From: Candidatus Falkowbacteria bacterium | GTDB taxonomy: Bacteria > Patescibacteriota > Patescibacteriia > Patescibacteriales > SZUA-104 | Direction of reading: 5' to 3' | DNA: 36,542 nucleotides | Assembly: GCA_027020105.1 (NCBI GenBank) | Contig: JALUVW010000077.1 | Coordinates: 1 to 36,542, forward strand | Shown: positions 34,987 through 36,542 of the stretch, one piece after another | Numbering within the stretch: position 1 is the first letter of the stretch | Layout: each line of letters starts with the position of its first letter | The notes under the pieces: model-generated | What the model saw: only the letters and a program-made list of their open reading frames with translations | What the model was told of the DNA's origin: nothing | Databases searched by the model: none | Position numbers and translations under genes: made by a program

Positions 34987-36542
34987 TCAAACCCATGTCA
35001 CGCAAGCGATTTTGTCGTCCGGCTCTTTAAAACGCATCAGGCGGACTCCCATGGTGTCGCGTCCGGACTGGTTTACCGTCTTAAACGGCAAACGAATAAC
35101 CTGTCCTTTTTCCGAAATCATAATCAAATCCTTGTCTTTCATCGTTTCCGCGTTAACAATAAAAGCGTTGGTCAATTTGCCGGTCTTCGCCGCCACTTTG
35201 GCCGTTTTTATTCCGGATCCGCCGCGTCCTTGCGTTTTGTACATATTGATGGGCGTGCGCTTCCCGAACCCTTTCTCCATTATGGACAAAATTTGATATT
35301 TTTTCAACTTGTTCTTGTCGTTCTTGACCACTCCCATGCCGACAAGCTTATCGTCTTTCTTCAGCCGTATTCCGCGAACCCCGGCCGCGCTTCGCCCCAT
35401 ATCGCGCACGTCCTTTTCCCTAAATCTGATTGCCTGCCCGCCGGCGGTAACGAGAAATATGTGATCGTCTCCGCGGGTCGGCTTTACCCATGTCAGCTTG
35501 TCGTCATCTTTGATTTTAATGGCGATGAGCCCGGAACGGCGAACATTGGCGAACGCCTCCAATTTAACCTTTTTAACCAGCCCTTCTTCCGTGGCGAAGA
35601 ATAAAAATTTCCTGTTGGCGATTTTGTCCAGAGGGAGCACGCTGGTCACTTTTTCTTCGCTGGTCAGTTGCAAAAAATTAACGATTGCTTGTCCCTTGGC
35701 CGTTCTTGACGCTTGCGGAATTTCATAAGCTTTAAGCTGAAAGACCCTTCCCTTTGTCGTGAAAAACAAAACATCGGTATGCGCCATGGTGGTAAACATA
35801 AATTCAACCGTATCCTCTTCCTTGGTGGAGAGTCCGATTACGCCTTTGCCGCCGCGCGCCTGCGTCTTGAAAGTGTCGGGCGACAAACGCTTGATATAAC
35901 CGTCGCGCGTCATCATCACCATCGTTTCTTCGTTCGGAACCAAATCTTCCGCGGAAAAATCTTTAACGCCGTGGGATATCACTCGCGTTTTGCGTTCATC
36001 GCCGAACTTGTCGTTCAAAGCGTTGATTTCTTCTTTGATAATATTAAATATTTTCTTTTTGGATTTTAATATCGCTTCCAATTCTTTGATTAGCTTCTTT
36101 TTTTCCTTTAACTCGGTTTCTATCTTCATCCTTTCCAGATTGGCCAAGTTCTGCAAACGCATTTCCAGGATTGCCACCGCCTGCCTTTCGGTTAACTTGA
36201 ATTTCTTCATTAAATTCGTTTTGGCGATATCCTTGTCTTTTGACGCTTTAATGGTTTTAATAACAGCGTCAATTTTATTTAAGGCAATCATTAATCCCTC
36301 TAAAATATGCGCCCTGTCCCGCGCCTTATCCAAATCAAATTGCGTGCGACGCTTAATCACAATCTCCCGATGCTTAATGTATTCTTCCAAAATGGTTTTT
36401 AAGTTTAAAACTTTTGGTTGAATGCCGTCGGTAAGCGCCAACATATTAACATGAAACGTTTCCTGCAGCTGCGTGTGCTTGTACAAACTGTTCAAAATCT
36501 TCTTGGGATAGGCGTCTTTTTTTAAGTCAATGGTAACGCGCA
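34987..36542 (-). CDS. gyrA: DNA gyrase subunit A, 5'-partial
   Basis: Frame stays open to the right edge (RVTIDLKKDAYPKKILNSLYKHT); RAHILEGL; GyrA-box QARGGKG; beta-pinwheel repeats. Confidence 0.95.
   Translation of the reverse strand, partial: RVTIDLKKDAYPKKILNSLYKHTQLQETFHVNMLALTDGIQPKVLNLKTILEEYIKHREIVIKRRTQFDLDKARDRAHILEGLMIALNKIDAVIKTIKASKDKDIAKTNLMKKFKLTERQAVAILEMRLQNLANLERMKIETELKEKKKLIKELEAILKSKKKIFNIIKEEINALNDKFGDERKTRVISHGVKDFSAEDLVPNEETMVMMTRDGYIKRLSPDTFKTQARGGKGVIGLSTKEEDTVEFMFTTMAHTDVLFFTTKGRVFQLKAYEIPQASRTAKGQAIVNFLQLTSEEKVTSVLPLDKIANRKFLFFATEEGLVKKVKLEAFANVRRSGLIAIKIKDDDKLTWVKPTRGDDHIFLVTAGGQAIRFREKDVRDMGRSAAGVRGIRLKKDDKLVGMGVVKNDKNKLKKYQILSIMEKGFGKRTPINMYKTQGRGGSGIKTAKVAAKTGKLTNAFIVNAETMKDKDLIMISEKGQVIRLPFKTVNQSGRDTMGVRLMRFKEPDDKIACVTWV

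Overview
Chromosomal window of a code-11 bacterium that looks like Patescibacteria/CPR (Parcubacteria, Falkowbacteria-like). This is inferred from VirB2/TrbC-type pilin-headed giant Cys-rich proteins, a four-subunit pyruvate:ferredoxin oxidoreductase, a short Rel, stand-alone rpoBC and mostly SD-less starts. Gene order: two pilin-headed surface proteins (the first, >=1757 aa, runs off the left edge and is missing from the ORF track), rel, a small basic ORF, dsbA-like, porC-porD-porA-[pilin, Phd/RelE-like pair, DUF4258/DUF2283-like pair]-porB, then on the minus strand rpoC, rpoB, murE, femX-like, ruvA, U32/TrhP-like, translin-like, PilB/GspE ATPase, a membrane protein, tRNA-Leu(TAG) and partial gyrA. 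The most striking signal is a dense population of palindromic elements. (i) About 11 inverted-repeat elements of 100-220 bp, built from 7-nt periodic arms in several families, fill many intergenic spacers; one still holds what look like both ends of a four-helix-bundle (IVS-protein/Avd-like) gene. (ii) Several REP-like GC-rich palindrome families and a TIR/TSD-bounded MITE are present. (iii) The same kinds of elements occur in frame inside porA, porB, the U32 gene, femX and ruvA, including a perfect 51-bp copy shared between porB and the MITE interior. There is also an orphan promoter-SD-micro-ORF-terminator unit (27941-28115) and a long rpoB leader ending in a terminator-like hairpin. Family names come from motif recognition only; no database search was run.
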